Below are positions 14,601 to 26,700 of a stretch of 64,000 nucleotides of DNA, one piece after another. Source of the stretch: Phoronis australis (lineage: Eukaryota > Animalia > Phoronida); the NCBI GenBank assembly GCA_002633005.1, contig NMRA01000144.1, positions 716,485 to 780,484 on the forward strand. Direction: 5' to 3'. The translations under genes and the position numbers were made by a program. Under the pieces are notes generated by a model that saw only the letters and a program-made list of their open reading frames with translations, did not search any database and had not been told where the DNA came from. The stretch's first letter is position 1. Every line of letters starts with the position of its first letter.

Positions 14601-17306
14601 TACCCTATAAAACCAAGGTTTTGGAATATGGATCCCTCACATTTGCTGTGGATGATTTGGTCACGCATTGGGCATCAAAAATTATAGATCTTTATATATT
14701 GTAATTAATTGGACCTTTGGTGCTGTTTGATACAATTACATTCTTCTGTAAAAATTCAGGATGCAGTGACAAAAAAATGCCATTAACTAATCCAAATATC
14801 TGTTCAAAATTTGCAGGTAAACATCTAATCACGGAGCCTTGAAGTATACTATGGATAACTCATCACATTGGTGGCTGTGTAGGACTTTCTGTAAAAGTTT
14901 AGAAATAATTGATTTTGATTATCTTGCATTAAATATCTTGTTAGCTGCCTCATGTGTAGCTTGGTGAGAGTTATGTTTTGTGTGTCAGTTTTTATGTTAT
15001 TTCAGTCGACAAGGTTTATGACTCAAGATGACTACAAGCCCTTACAGCCAATTCCTATAGAGTCATTCAGGTGGCAGCCTAAGGTAGAAGCAAATAACGC
15101 AACTAGAATCAAGACATGTCGAAACTCAGTACAGGGAAGATTGCTCATTGCTGATGACAGAGGTATTGTCATGGAAACTAATTAACAAAGAATTTGTTTT
15201 TTCATGAATAGATTCTGTGTTATGTTGATAAAGAACCAATGTTTGAATTTTGGTCTTAAAATTATGTTGCATTTAACACATTGGGCTACTGTTGTAAGTA
15301 AATCTTGTGTTAGAAGTACAGCACAGACATACTTGTCTTGTCATGATATGTCTATATGTTTATTCTAGGCTCGCTTTAGCTGCTCGCCAGCTCGCCATTG
15401 GCGAATTCTGAGTGACACTGGTGATGGCAGAGCTAAGTCCATTCACCAACTTGGCGAATGCTTTCGCCATTTGACAATAAAAATCAATTTCGGGAAACCT
15501 ACTCATATGTGCAATCACAGAAAGCTCGAATCAAGTCCCGCCGCAAACAATGTTCTTACTTGAAATCCGAGTCCTAAAAATAGCATTCAAACGTTCTATT
15601 TCACTCTCCCTGAAATAACTCTTTTACCGCAAGGATATGTTCAACTGTGAAGGGAGGGGGGGGTCAGCGGTCTTGGTAATACCGATTTCTCTCTTCACTG
15701 CGAGATCTCTTGTAGGTGCTGCTGCTTGTCGTCTCAAGTGCCAAAATCAAAACGACAAATAGAAGACTATTTCAGAGACAAATGTGACCCAGTCTCTCAA
15801 TAACTTTTTATACTTGTGACGTGGTGTGAGCCGGTCCGACGGTATTAAATTACCCGGGGGATAAAACCGAGCTGAGTTGTAACAAACTGACATTTACTTT
15901 ATCTTGCTTTCTTTTGGCCGCCACCAAAATTCAAACACGTCCCAGTCTCTCGATAACTTTTACACTTGCGACTTTTAGCGAGCTGACTAGGTATGACATG
16001 TGACGTATTTTTGATTTAAAAATAAGATTCTTTTACTCCTTGAAAAGAAAACTTGTCATTGCCAAGTCTCAAACAATATTTGACACGACAAATTGTGTGC
16101 TGAAATTTGGTTAAGTTAGTAATGAATTAGAAGGGATTCAAGTAATTTGAAAATAGTGAATTTAAACCTTAAGTTCAAATTGCATGTTTGATGAATTGGT
16201 CTATATGGCCAGTCTATATGGCCAGTCTATATGGCCAGTCTATATGGCCAGTCTATATGTCCAGTCTATATGGCCAGTCTATGTGGCCAGTCTGTACGGT
16301 TTAGCTTTATTTTGCTAGCCACGCACTGATTAATTAATTTTATGAAAATTTCAAGTACTTACTAAAATTCCCCGTAGTTACTTGAAAGGGAAAATGTCCA
16401 AGACCTTTGGAAGTATTGCCATTGTGACGTGCCTGACTTTGCATTTGTATTCTTTTTTTGCGGATCCAAATAGTGTCACAATAGTTCCAAATATATCGGT
16501 GTCATCGCTAAACATCCTTATTAGGTGTCTATGTAAGAGTTGGTCTTTCTTATGCTAGTGAGTGCTGTACTTGCATTACAATGTTCTCCGATCACTTAAA
16601 CTCATCTAGTTCCTGCTGGTCTGCCTGTAGGTTATGTGTGTGAACGCCAGCACTTACTGCTAGCAGGTTGCTGTAACCCAGCTGCCAAGACCACTAAACA
16701 TTTCAACTGTGATAGCTGCTCTGACAGTGGCTGCTGTACTCTCTACGAACACTGCGTCTCGTGCTGTCTTGATCCCGACAAGGTATTAGCCTAAATAGGA
16801 AGTGAACAATTGACTCATACTGAGGACAGTTTTATTAAAAACCAAAATTTTGAACTTTGTGATCTCATGTAATTTCTCTTGTTAATCTAAGTTAAACTTT
16901 CAATTTCAAAAAATTGTGATATGATTAAAACTGGGACAGTTAGATACTAATTGTTCTGAAAATTACAATTTTCTTGGTCTATTTTGAGATGTTTTAAAAA
17001 AAGTGCTGCTTAGTACACATCATACAAATAGAGAATGCTTGTCGTCTCAATATAAAATTTTACAGTTTAGGAACAAATCTTGCACATTATTGCCATATCT
17101 TTCAGCAACCACTGTTGAGGCGAATTTTGGGAAAGGCGGCGGACAGCTTCAATCAATTGTTTGCCTCTGTCACTGACCACTTTGAGCTGTGTTTGACCAA
17201 GTGCCGGACATCCTCACTGAGTGTGCAGCACGAGAACTCCTACCGTGATCCTAAGGCTAAGTACTGCTATGGTGAAGACCCCCCGGAGCTGAAGCCAAGA
17301 ATGTGA
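11661..17306 (+). CDS. SPRING1: SREBP-regulating gene protein (SPRING1/C12orf49 orthologue), 4 exons, 200 aa
   Basis: Exons 11661-11753 ([25 protein letters not shown], signal anchor), 15006-15162 ([16 protein letters not shown]), 16631-16782 ([14 protein letters not shown]...[18 protein letters not shown]) and 17106-17306 ([39 protein letters not shown]). All junctions are GT-AG and phases match (603 nt total). The Cys-rich motifs match C12orf49. Confidence 0.93.
12605..12812 (+). repeat. ~53-bp minisatellite, 4 copies
   Basis: Unit tagtatacagctttgtactaaggctaagtgactcagta repeated 4 times, near-identical. Confidence 0.85.
13015..13140. repeat. Short hairpin/inverted repeat
   Basis: tacaatctagataaatcacaactg pairs with cagttgtgatttatcttgattgta. 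Confidence 0.6.
13169..13708. mobile_element. Foldback-type MITE (~540-bp imperfect palindrome) in SPRING1 intron 1
   Basis: Termini CAGTGACC...GGTCACTG. Long inverted arms, e.g. tccttccaactcgaacaaatac / tatttgttcgagttggaagga and cacactgattaa / ttaatcagtgtg. Confidence 0.75.
16199..16294 (+). repeat. 13-bp tandem repeat (GTCTATATGGCCA), ~7 copies
   Basis: Directly visible array with two single-base variants. Confidence 0.9.
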
Positions 17307-17728
17307 ACGTAGGAAGCTACACTGGTGGGTTACGTGACTTGTCCCTGGCACAGATAAGCGGAAATGAGAGCAAAAGTTTGACTGGAATACAAAGTTACAT
17401 CTTGGATCTGCAGTTGGAACAGATACTCACATGAGCTGTTGGAGACTTCAGGGAATTATGTTGTCCTCTATGGATTAGAGTGTTGACCAGGACATGATTA
17501 GATCCGTGACTTAATGTTGGAGTAGAAATTTTTAATTGACACCTTGAACATTTTGAAACCATTGGGAGGATTTCTTTGCAAAAGGCCGAGTTGCAATAGT
17601 CAGCTTTACAACATGCAGTGCTTAATGATGACTATTAGCGACATGTCCTCAGTCAAACATTAACTTTTAATCTGTAGGTACATGTTGCAAAATTGTTGTA
17701 ATGATTTGGAGAGTGTGTTACTAAGAAG

Positions 17729-20700
17729 ATGTATGGTCAGTCAACATCTGTAAGTGGGACAAAGAGCCGTCCATTCCAAGAGCAGTGGCTGGACTCGTGT
17801 TATCAACAGACATTGTTACCAGACACACCATGGCACAAGGTAATCAAATGTTTGAGTGAAATTTGTAAATGTCACTTACTGTTTAATGCTAGTTGTTCTT
17901 AGTCTATGCTTACAAGCTCATTGTTAAATTTGTGTTTGTACGCGTAATCTCAAGTTATATTAACACTTATAAGATGGATAATTAATTACATTGTTACAAT
18001 CTGTGTTGTGTATTCTGAATATTTGATAGACAATTACTTGTACACTGTCTGTTAAAATCTATGGTGAGTATCCAGACTGATAATTACATTGTTACTTATA
18101 TCCGAAAAGACTAAAATACTTGTATGGTGGTGCCACTAAACCCCGTAAGTCCAAATTGCTTCTGCTAAAAGGGTATTTGTTGTAGTTACCCTTTGGAGAT
18201 ATTTTTCATAGAAAATGAGTAACTTGTGAATTGTTCATAGTTGGAATTTTTGACTGTCAATACTTTGCAAGAATTTGTCGAAGTGAAAGGGTGCAATGAA
18301 GTTCAAATGCATGCCCTCAATACGAGTTTGATGTGGTGATTACTCAAGCCAGCGTATTTGCATGTAATTAGTAGGATGGAGTCTACTTTTAAGTGAAAGT
18401 GATTACTTACAAGCTTCGTCTTTCAGGAAAATTTTGTGTGTAGGCAAATTGTGTCAGGGTCAAGGAAAAGGTAACAGTTTATGCAGAGAGAGCTGTTATA
18501 AGCATGTCCACTTCTCATTTTGACAATTACAAGCTGTTAAACGTTACATTTCAGGTGCTGTTCAGAGTAGGCCGGGCATTTTCTGAACGAATCTTGAAGC
18601 AGTTCACCAATGAAGAGCGAAAGCAGGTGATACTGGAACTGCTTGGTCCAGAGTTTGTTAAAGTTTATTTTCCTGAGGAAGTTCAGAACCCAGCGCTGCT
18701 GGTGAGTGTAGTCTCTGTATACAGTAATTATTTGGCACACAATATGGCAGACAAGTGAAATTCTATTTTGTTATATTTCATTATAAAAACAAAGAAAAAG
18801 AAACTGTTAGTCTATTACAAGCATATTTTGTACTGTACAAATGTCATAAACATCATTTGGTATAGTTTCCACTATTTGTAGTATAGTAATCACCTTTGGA
18901 AAAAAATAATAAGGGCAATTTTGGCAATTATTTTTGTATGAATTAAGTGGAGTTTGTGGTCTTTGACAAATGAACCCTTCTTCAGATACTAAACCTAACA
19001 GTTGTGAGAAACAACCGTGGTTTTTAAAATGCCTCACATAATGATGTCAAGTTTCATGGAAGTTATGACTTAAACCATGAAGAAAGGTGATTATAAGTGC
19101 CTGGTGAGTACTCTGCTGGTTTTTGCCAGGGCTTGCGACTCTCATGTTTTGTTACTGCAAAGTGTCGCCAATTTAAAACAATATATGGGGGACATGCTAC
19201 CTTTTTCTCGTTTTTTTATGTAAAAAAGAAGTTGCACAATATTGATGTGTTACCATTTTCAAGTCCTGTACAATATGCCAAATAGCTGACTTGCACATCT
19301 ATAACATGAAGAAAGGTTGAAATTTTGCCATTATTTTTGCTCGTAGTTGTTGAGATGTTATCATAATCTTTGTGATGAAATACTTTTACTAGAAAACATC
19401 ATGAATTAAATTTAAGTTTGTTTGTCCTCTCATGACAGCCCATTAAATAAGTGGGTAACTCAAAAACATGTCATTTGCCGTCAGACAAAAGACATTCGAT
19501 TATGGAAAATTTTTTGGGTGAATTGTGAGCATTCCCTTACAATGAAAAGTGAAATACACATTTTAATGACCTCTCTAATGAGGGTAGGGTGAGCTGAAAG
19601 AAAATCATTAATATGTAAAGTACGAAATAGATTTGTAAACACATGCCTATATTGTATGTTAATGTGTATAATTTTGATAGGAGCCGCCGAACATGGCCAC
19701 TGACAAAAGGAACAAGTTATTCAGAGAGGCTCAGGCGTGGCTACAGAATCAGCTCAACAAAGCAGCCAAGGAGGAGGGCTGTGGGCGGGACCAAAGTGAA
19801 GTGTAGGTGGAGCTTAGCTTAATGTTTTCTCTTTTAAATTGCGTATTGCTGGTTAAGGAATATCAAGTGATGAACTGTGTCTGATATTACCTTAGTTTCA
19901 CGTTAATCTTCATTTACATATTTAAAGTGCTATTAATTCATGTTGTACGCATAATCAGGACCTCATTCATAGGAAAAATGTCTTTGAAGTTGTCAGCTTC
20001 CAACTTAAAACAAAGGAGTGATTGTGTTTCTAGCCAACTTCAGTTTAATGGTTGTGACAACAGATATTGACAATCATTGTATCACTTGTTCTTGTATCCA
20101 TAGCGACACAGTTACAGAAATGAAGGAATTCCTTCAGCACACCTATAACGTGTTCCACACAGGCCTAGACAGACAGCTTTATAAACAAGAGCAGGAACTA
20201 GCTGTAAGCATTTGGATTATTCATTACAGAAATGCTGCTGTCCTGCTTGAGTGCAGTGGACCATTTGTTGATTATTTTTGACAGTAGCTGCAGAATAATT
20301 GAATGTTGTTATTAAAAGAAGAAATGTCTGAATGGCATTATTTAAAACAATTGTCATTTTTTCTGTCGTACTTGCTTTTAAATTGCCATTTGGAAACAAG
20401 AAGTTTCATATTTTTGTGTATTTTATTGTAACTTTGTCATATAATAATGTCTTGTGTCAATACAAGCTCAGTACATTGAAAAATCAATAGGCCAAGGAGA
20501 AAGAAGACTTGCTGCTAGAAAAGAAAGACGAAAAGAGAAAAGAAAACCTGCAGACTATAGCATTGCCCCCTATTGGCAGAACCAGCTCAGGTCTTTCAAC
20601 TAACTCAAGTGTTGGAAGCTTTGCAGACAAGCTGTCAGTCACCAATCTAAAGAGTATGTCTTGGTCTTTCTCAAAAAGTTTCTCGAAGTTACAACTTCTC

Positions 20701-23700
20701 TTTGCCTCTCTTAAATAGTATTCAATGTTTTCATTGTTGCAGCTGATCAAAGATTTTTTTAAAAATCCAATGTCGTTGACTACTATGAAGTGACATACTT
20801 TTGAATGGCTTATCCCTGACTGTGGAGGTGCAGGTGGAAACATGTAAACAAGTTTAGAAAGTTGGCCAAGATTGGAGACTGCTCATTAATATTATTAATC
20901 TGATAATAAGTTTGAGGACATTATTTTAAACAAGTGTAGGTTGGGGTAGAGATGGGAAGATGTTCATTAATATTGGTTAGTAAACATTAGAATAAGTTGA
21001 ATAAGTTAAATATTTAACAAACCATGATATAATGATCAAGACATTCTGTCTGGCAATTCACTAAACTATGTGAACTCTTTCCTGCTGTGTTTTAGCTTCA
21101 GCCTAATTGTATTAATCTGTTGAAATCCTCCTTTCAATATTATATAGTTTTAATTGCTTATTAAAATGCATTTCACTGCTTTTCGACTACAGTGAAGTGT
21201 TAGTTTCAAACAAAAAATGACTGGGTGTAATAAAAATTAGTAGTTGAGGTCATGTAGGTGAAGAAACTGAGAAAACGAGATTGACTACTACAAAACTACA
21301 AAGTTTGAAATCCAGTTTTATCTAGACCTTTGGTGATTTTGTTCTATTTAAGTTTTCAGGAGGACCTTTCGTTTGTTCATTACTTCAAATTTTCTTTGTG
21401 AGTTGCTTCCTGGAGAACAGTTTAATGACTGTTTTCCAAATCAATTATATCACATATGACAGAAATCGGACATGGTATTCGTCAGTAAGCAATGTTGAAT
21501 AAGTGCATTACTGGTATTGGTTACAGCTTCCCTGCACACTCTTCATCGTCAGAACATGCCCGTGATTCAGGGTCCCGCCAGCAATCTGGTCGGTGATGCT
21601 GTTGTCAAGATTCTCCACAGAGATCCTCGCAGGCTCGAGGAGATCATGATCAAATTGAAGGGGAGACAACTACCCGGCACACTCAGGAGATATATCTGGC
21701 TGGACATCTTGTTGAAGAACGAAAGAGAGAAAATGAAAGAGTCGTGAGTTATTTGTTCTTGAGTTAACATTTCGTGTATAGTAATCCTCTTTGGCTCTGA
21801 TGCAAACGGGAAGACGGAGACATAATTATGAATTAATCTTATCATGGGACACCTAGTTCCAACTAGGGATTTGCTGATTCCAATCTCTTCTGACTTGTGA
21901 TTTGTCATATAAATGACATCAAAAAATAATAACGAAGGCTGATTGTCCCTAATACAAGCGCAAAGAGTGGTCCCCTCATCATTGTATAATGGTCCGTTAT
22001 TGAAATTTTTTAATACTACAGTGACACCTGCTGGTAGTGTTGACATCTCTGTAACAGGTCACTCTTGGCATATGCTGGAGTTAGTATGTAGTAAATGTGC
22101 AGCAATGATGCAAACTGTGTTCTACAGACTTCATATTTGACTTCGTGCTACGCTGCTTATTAGATATTTAGAGCTGCTAAGAAGTTTTTAAGATTGCGGC
22201 TAAAAGTAGCTCAGACGTGCCTTCTGTCACAAAGGACAACTATTGATTTAGACCACTTAATCATAATTGGTCTCAAATTATTCTTAAGTCAAAATACATG
22301 GCTGGGCTTGGATGGTAATGTGAAGCACAAGACCAACTTTCTGTGTTAAGTTTCAAGTTACTTTTCATGAAACAAAGTCCAGGCTTTAAAACTGGGCCCA
22401 TTGTAGAAAAGTTATTTTGTTATGTGACCTGTTTTCTGGCGGTAGTCATTGAGCTTCATTTTCATATTAATTAGACTTGTTTAGTCATGAACAGTAATAC
22501 TAATGATGCTAGACATTGTGTTTTGTAGGATTGTGGAGAAAATTGTTCGTGAAAGATTTGGCCGTACTGTAGCTAAACATGTTGGGAACATGAAACTGAA
22601 GCGGGCCACGCAGTCGCCCATATGTGGCCTGATTGAGAATGCTGTGATAGAGGTAAGTGTCACTTAACAGTCATACACCTGTTTGTGGTCGGAGGAGTTG
22701 AAAGAAATCGCTAAGTATTGATTTTATGCATAGGGATTATTTGGTTAATTACTTGACTGCATAATATCGTATGTTTTAAGCAGTCGTGGTGAAAAGTTTC
22801 CTGAAAATGGGTAAGTGTCCATGAACCATAATAGTGAAAGTGTTTGTTTTGAATTTTTGCCTTCTTGTAGAGTGTTTGTTATAAAGTTTTTGTTCTTTTT
22901 TGTTTATTTCCATTGCCAAAATCTCAGAGCTTCAGTTACACTCCGTAATTATTTTGAATTAATAGCAGATGCATTACAGTTCCCTCTTAACTTGTAGGTG
23001 TGATTCATTGATCTGCTATCATTTCTTGTTACATTGAGCATCTTGTACTGTGTCTGTAATTTTCATGAATATCAAACAACACTGTCAATAGATGATTAAT
23101 AAGAATTAAGGCACATTCACTAACGTTGGTTAATGATGTGTTAGATAATATTTTGTCAATTCACCTTGTAAAGTCACACTACTTGTTATTGATAACCCTA
23201 GCTTTGGCTGTATCATGCCCAGTAAATGTGGAGTGGAATTGACTGCAGTTAGTATTAAATGACCTATTAATACAAGGGGTTGTCTACCCAAATGAATTTT
23301 ATTTTATTTTGTTCACCGTTTGTTCTTTACACTCTAGATGTATGAGAATACAACCTGCATGATGCCGTATTATAATGAATCTCACATGAAAGAGGCTGCC
23401 AGAGCACTTAACGTACTTTATGTGTACGACAGAAGTTATGAACCCTACTTAATACATTGGTTGTTCCCACTACAACTAGCCTTCAAGCAAGAATTAAGCT
23501 CTGATCCTCTACCTGGTTAGTATGTCCTGTTTTGTTTGTTGTTTGTAAAACTGTTGAGTTAATTTGTTCATCTAAACATATGGCAGAGCCTTTCTAGGAA
23601 CCAAGACATCCTGTTGCCCATCATAATTGTGTGTTTAACATAAAGTGTGTGAACTGGCTGTGTACCTCCTCAATACTCACTATTTCATACCATGTTTGTA

Positions 23701-26700
23701 TTCAATAAATGTGTTTTACTCCAGCTGCAGGTGAACATGTGTATGAGCTGGCTATGTACCTAGACTTGCTCAATACTCATTGTTTTCCTCCCTTTGCGCG
23801 TGTCTTCAACATCGCGGACAACGTGATGAGCCGCCTTGAGATGGCCGACGCAGACCTCCACGACCATCTGAAGACAATTGCCAGGAAAAACAACAAAGTT
23901 AGCCAAAAGGTCAGTGTCACTTATCCTGAATCGCTCATGTTTTTGGTTCATACTGATTTGGTTTAGAACCAGCAGTGCTGTGCACCTGAATGCTTCATAT
24001 TAAACTAGGGACCACTTGCACAAAACTTATATCATATATGCACATATTTAACCCATGCTCCAAGAACCGAAATATTTGCTTCAAATGTTTTCTATTGCAG
24101 TGTTTTGCATAGTATACAGGCATGCTTCTAAGCTCCATCTATAGACAAAAGCCAATATCCATAGTTTGCAAACATGTTTTATGTTGGGTGTTTTCCTTGT
24201 GGTTTTTATTCATTCTTAATTATTTTCATTTATTCAGTTTTTGTTAAAGTGAAAACAAATTTATTGTCTACCAGACTGAGTGTACAATGGATAAGTTAAG
24301 TTTCACTAACATAATATTTGAGAAATTGGCTCCTCAGTTTTACTGATGTGTTTCCTTGTATGCACATACTCCTATTTCCAGATATAGATGCCTAATTCTA
24401 AATATTGGTGTAGTTTCACATATATGCAATGGCATGCACATGGACCAAAGTATGTGAATGTACGGTACGCAGGATAATAACAATTATCATGCACTGCCAC
24501 ACAAGTATCAAACTTTTCCGGGTAATAGTTTGGACGTTTAATGCAACCCAGTTCAGATATTTATTAATGAAAACATAAGCAAGAAAAGTTGTCATGAATC
24601 TGTGCTTTTGTACAAAATTTGTGTGTTTAGTGCTTGTTTTTGCCATGCTGTTCTCTTGGTATAGTTGTTGATGTGCTAAATTGTCTTTAGGATTTCCTAA
24701 AGCATCTGATTCATAAGGAGAAGACAAGAGCCAAAGAGATGGTTGAAGACGCCGACGGCTCCCCACGAGCGGAACTGTCCCCTGATGAGATCCTGAAGGG
24801 GCCGCTGATATTTGTACGCAAGTGGGTCGGTGAGGTAAGGGTACAATGCAGTGATGGTGATTGTACTTTTTCACGTTTTTTATCAATTTTGTGCGTCCCC
24901 ATAGACATTGCATAAATGCTGTTCTCCTTTCTGACCAAGTAGGCATCCAGACTTCTGTGGAGTGACCAGATCTGGATTTCTTAAACCACTTGAATTTTGA
25001 AATTATTTTTCCTTCCAACAAGTGTTCAGAAGGAATTGAAAGAGTATGATTACTTTTACTCTCCCCATTGGCAATCTTATTTTTTCATCTTTTTATTCAC
25101 AGTACCCCATATTAAGAGATATTCATGAAACTGATCTATGTACTCTGCACTAAATGCAAAACAGCTTCCATCTATTTTCAAACAAATCTATGAAGTGCTA
25201 CAATATCTCGTATTGTGGTAATTTCAGTTTTTTACTAGGACTTATAGTATTTTTTTCATTTTTTCATTGATCTTTGTGAATGTTAAATATAAGAATGACA
25301 GGACAGTGCCCACTTAATGCCTCCCACAAGTGCTGTTACCACCTAACATTTGTCACGTCTTCTGCAGGGCTTTGTAACAGTCCTGGACACCCAGGCACTG
25401 ATGTTTCTCTGGGACCAGGTTTTCATGCAATACTGGCGTCAACATGTCTTCGAGGACTTCTGTCTAGCTCTACTACTACTCCTCAAACACAAATTTTTCC
25501 AAGCCACAGACTATGTCTCCATGAAAAGGGTAAGAATCAGTATAGCTCCTTGATACGGTGAGCTGTCCCGTAGACTAAGTCTGAAATATGGGTTATTGTT
25601 GATGTGAGGCTTAGCTGTCTGTGTGATGATCTTACAAGGCGAGAGTTATAAATAAATGTCACGGACTTCATCTTGGCTATAGCTGTTTTGACTGATAGAT
25701 GGAGCTTTGGTCCAGGGGCATGGTAGATCGGCGATGTTCTTGTCTCGTGTCAGTGAGTTGAAATGTTGGCTTCCATACAGCTCTGGTATACAGGACACTG
25801 CTTTGAAACTGCAGACATGGTTATCTTAGAGTTGGAGAAAATCTGGTTTAGGTGTAATAGAAGCATTACACCAACGTACAGAGAAACCATCTTTGAACAA
25901 GCAGGGGAGTAATTGATTTCCACTTTCTCATATGTGGGACAGGACAATTGTCAAGCTGCCATGCCGCTTGACCAAAGTGCCATCTGTCTGTCAAAACAGT
26001 AGCTAAGTGGAGATGTGCAAGATGCAAACGCAATGCTGCTAAATGTGAATCCTTAGTTTTAGTATTTGTTTTAATTTTTTATTTTATTACTGGATGTCGA
26101 AAAACATTCATGCTTAAAAGAGTAATCCAACTGAAGATACTTTTAATATCTCCTTAACAAGTCTTCATTTTGAGGAGGTCAGAAAGCTGTAGGTTCCGTG
26201 TTGTATGTTTGCTGCTCCTCGCTTGCTCAAGAACGTTTTGAAAATTTGAAATTGCAAAAATTAGCTCAATATGGTTACTTAAAATTTGATATTAAAGGTA
26301 TATTTCATGTTCTTTTGGAGATCAAAAACTCAATCATTTTCATCATCCTGTCAGGTAAAACAAATTAAGATGGTTGTAATACTCCAAACTGCCATTTGGT
26401 ATCTGCACCTTAGCTATAATTATACATTTCAGAAGTTTGAAAAGTTGTCGCATCAGAGAAATCATATATTGCTTTTGAGGTTATATTTGCTCCACTTTTG
26501 TTTTGACTTAATTGTTATTCTTTGAACTAAACTCAGTTCGGTATGCCTTTAAATCAGCTATAATCATGGTTTGTGTCTTTCAGGTGTTCCTGGATGAGCC
26601 ATGTAAACTGTACACTATGGATATCCAGCAAGCCTGGGAGGTGTTGGATAACCAAGAAGATGTCCGTGTTATCCCTGGGATGAACAGACAGAACCCCAAG

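Noticed and set aside
17304-17306. SPRING1 TGA as selenocysteine or read-through into the next gene
   Set aside because: The protein ends where homologues end, an in-frame TAG follows two codons later, and no convincing SECIS was seen.
24416-25021. 201-aa minus-strand ORF (also 21567-22046 and 20484-20843)
   Set aside because: Antisense shadows of real + strand exons, with no recognisable motifs.
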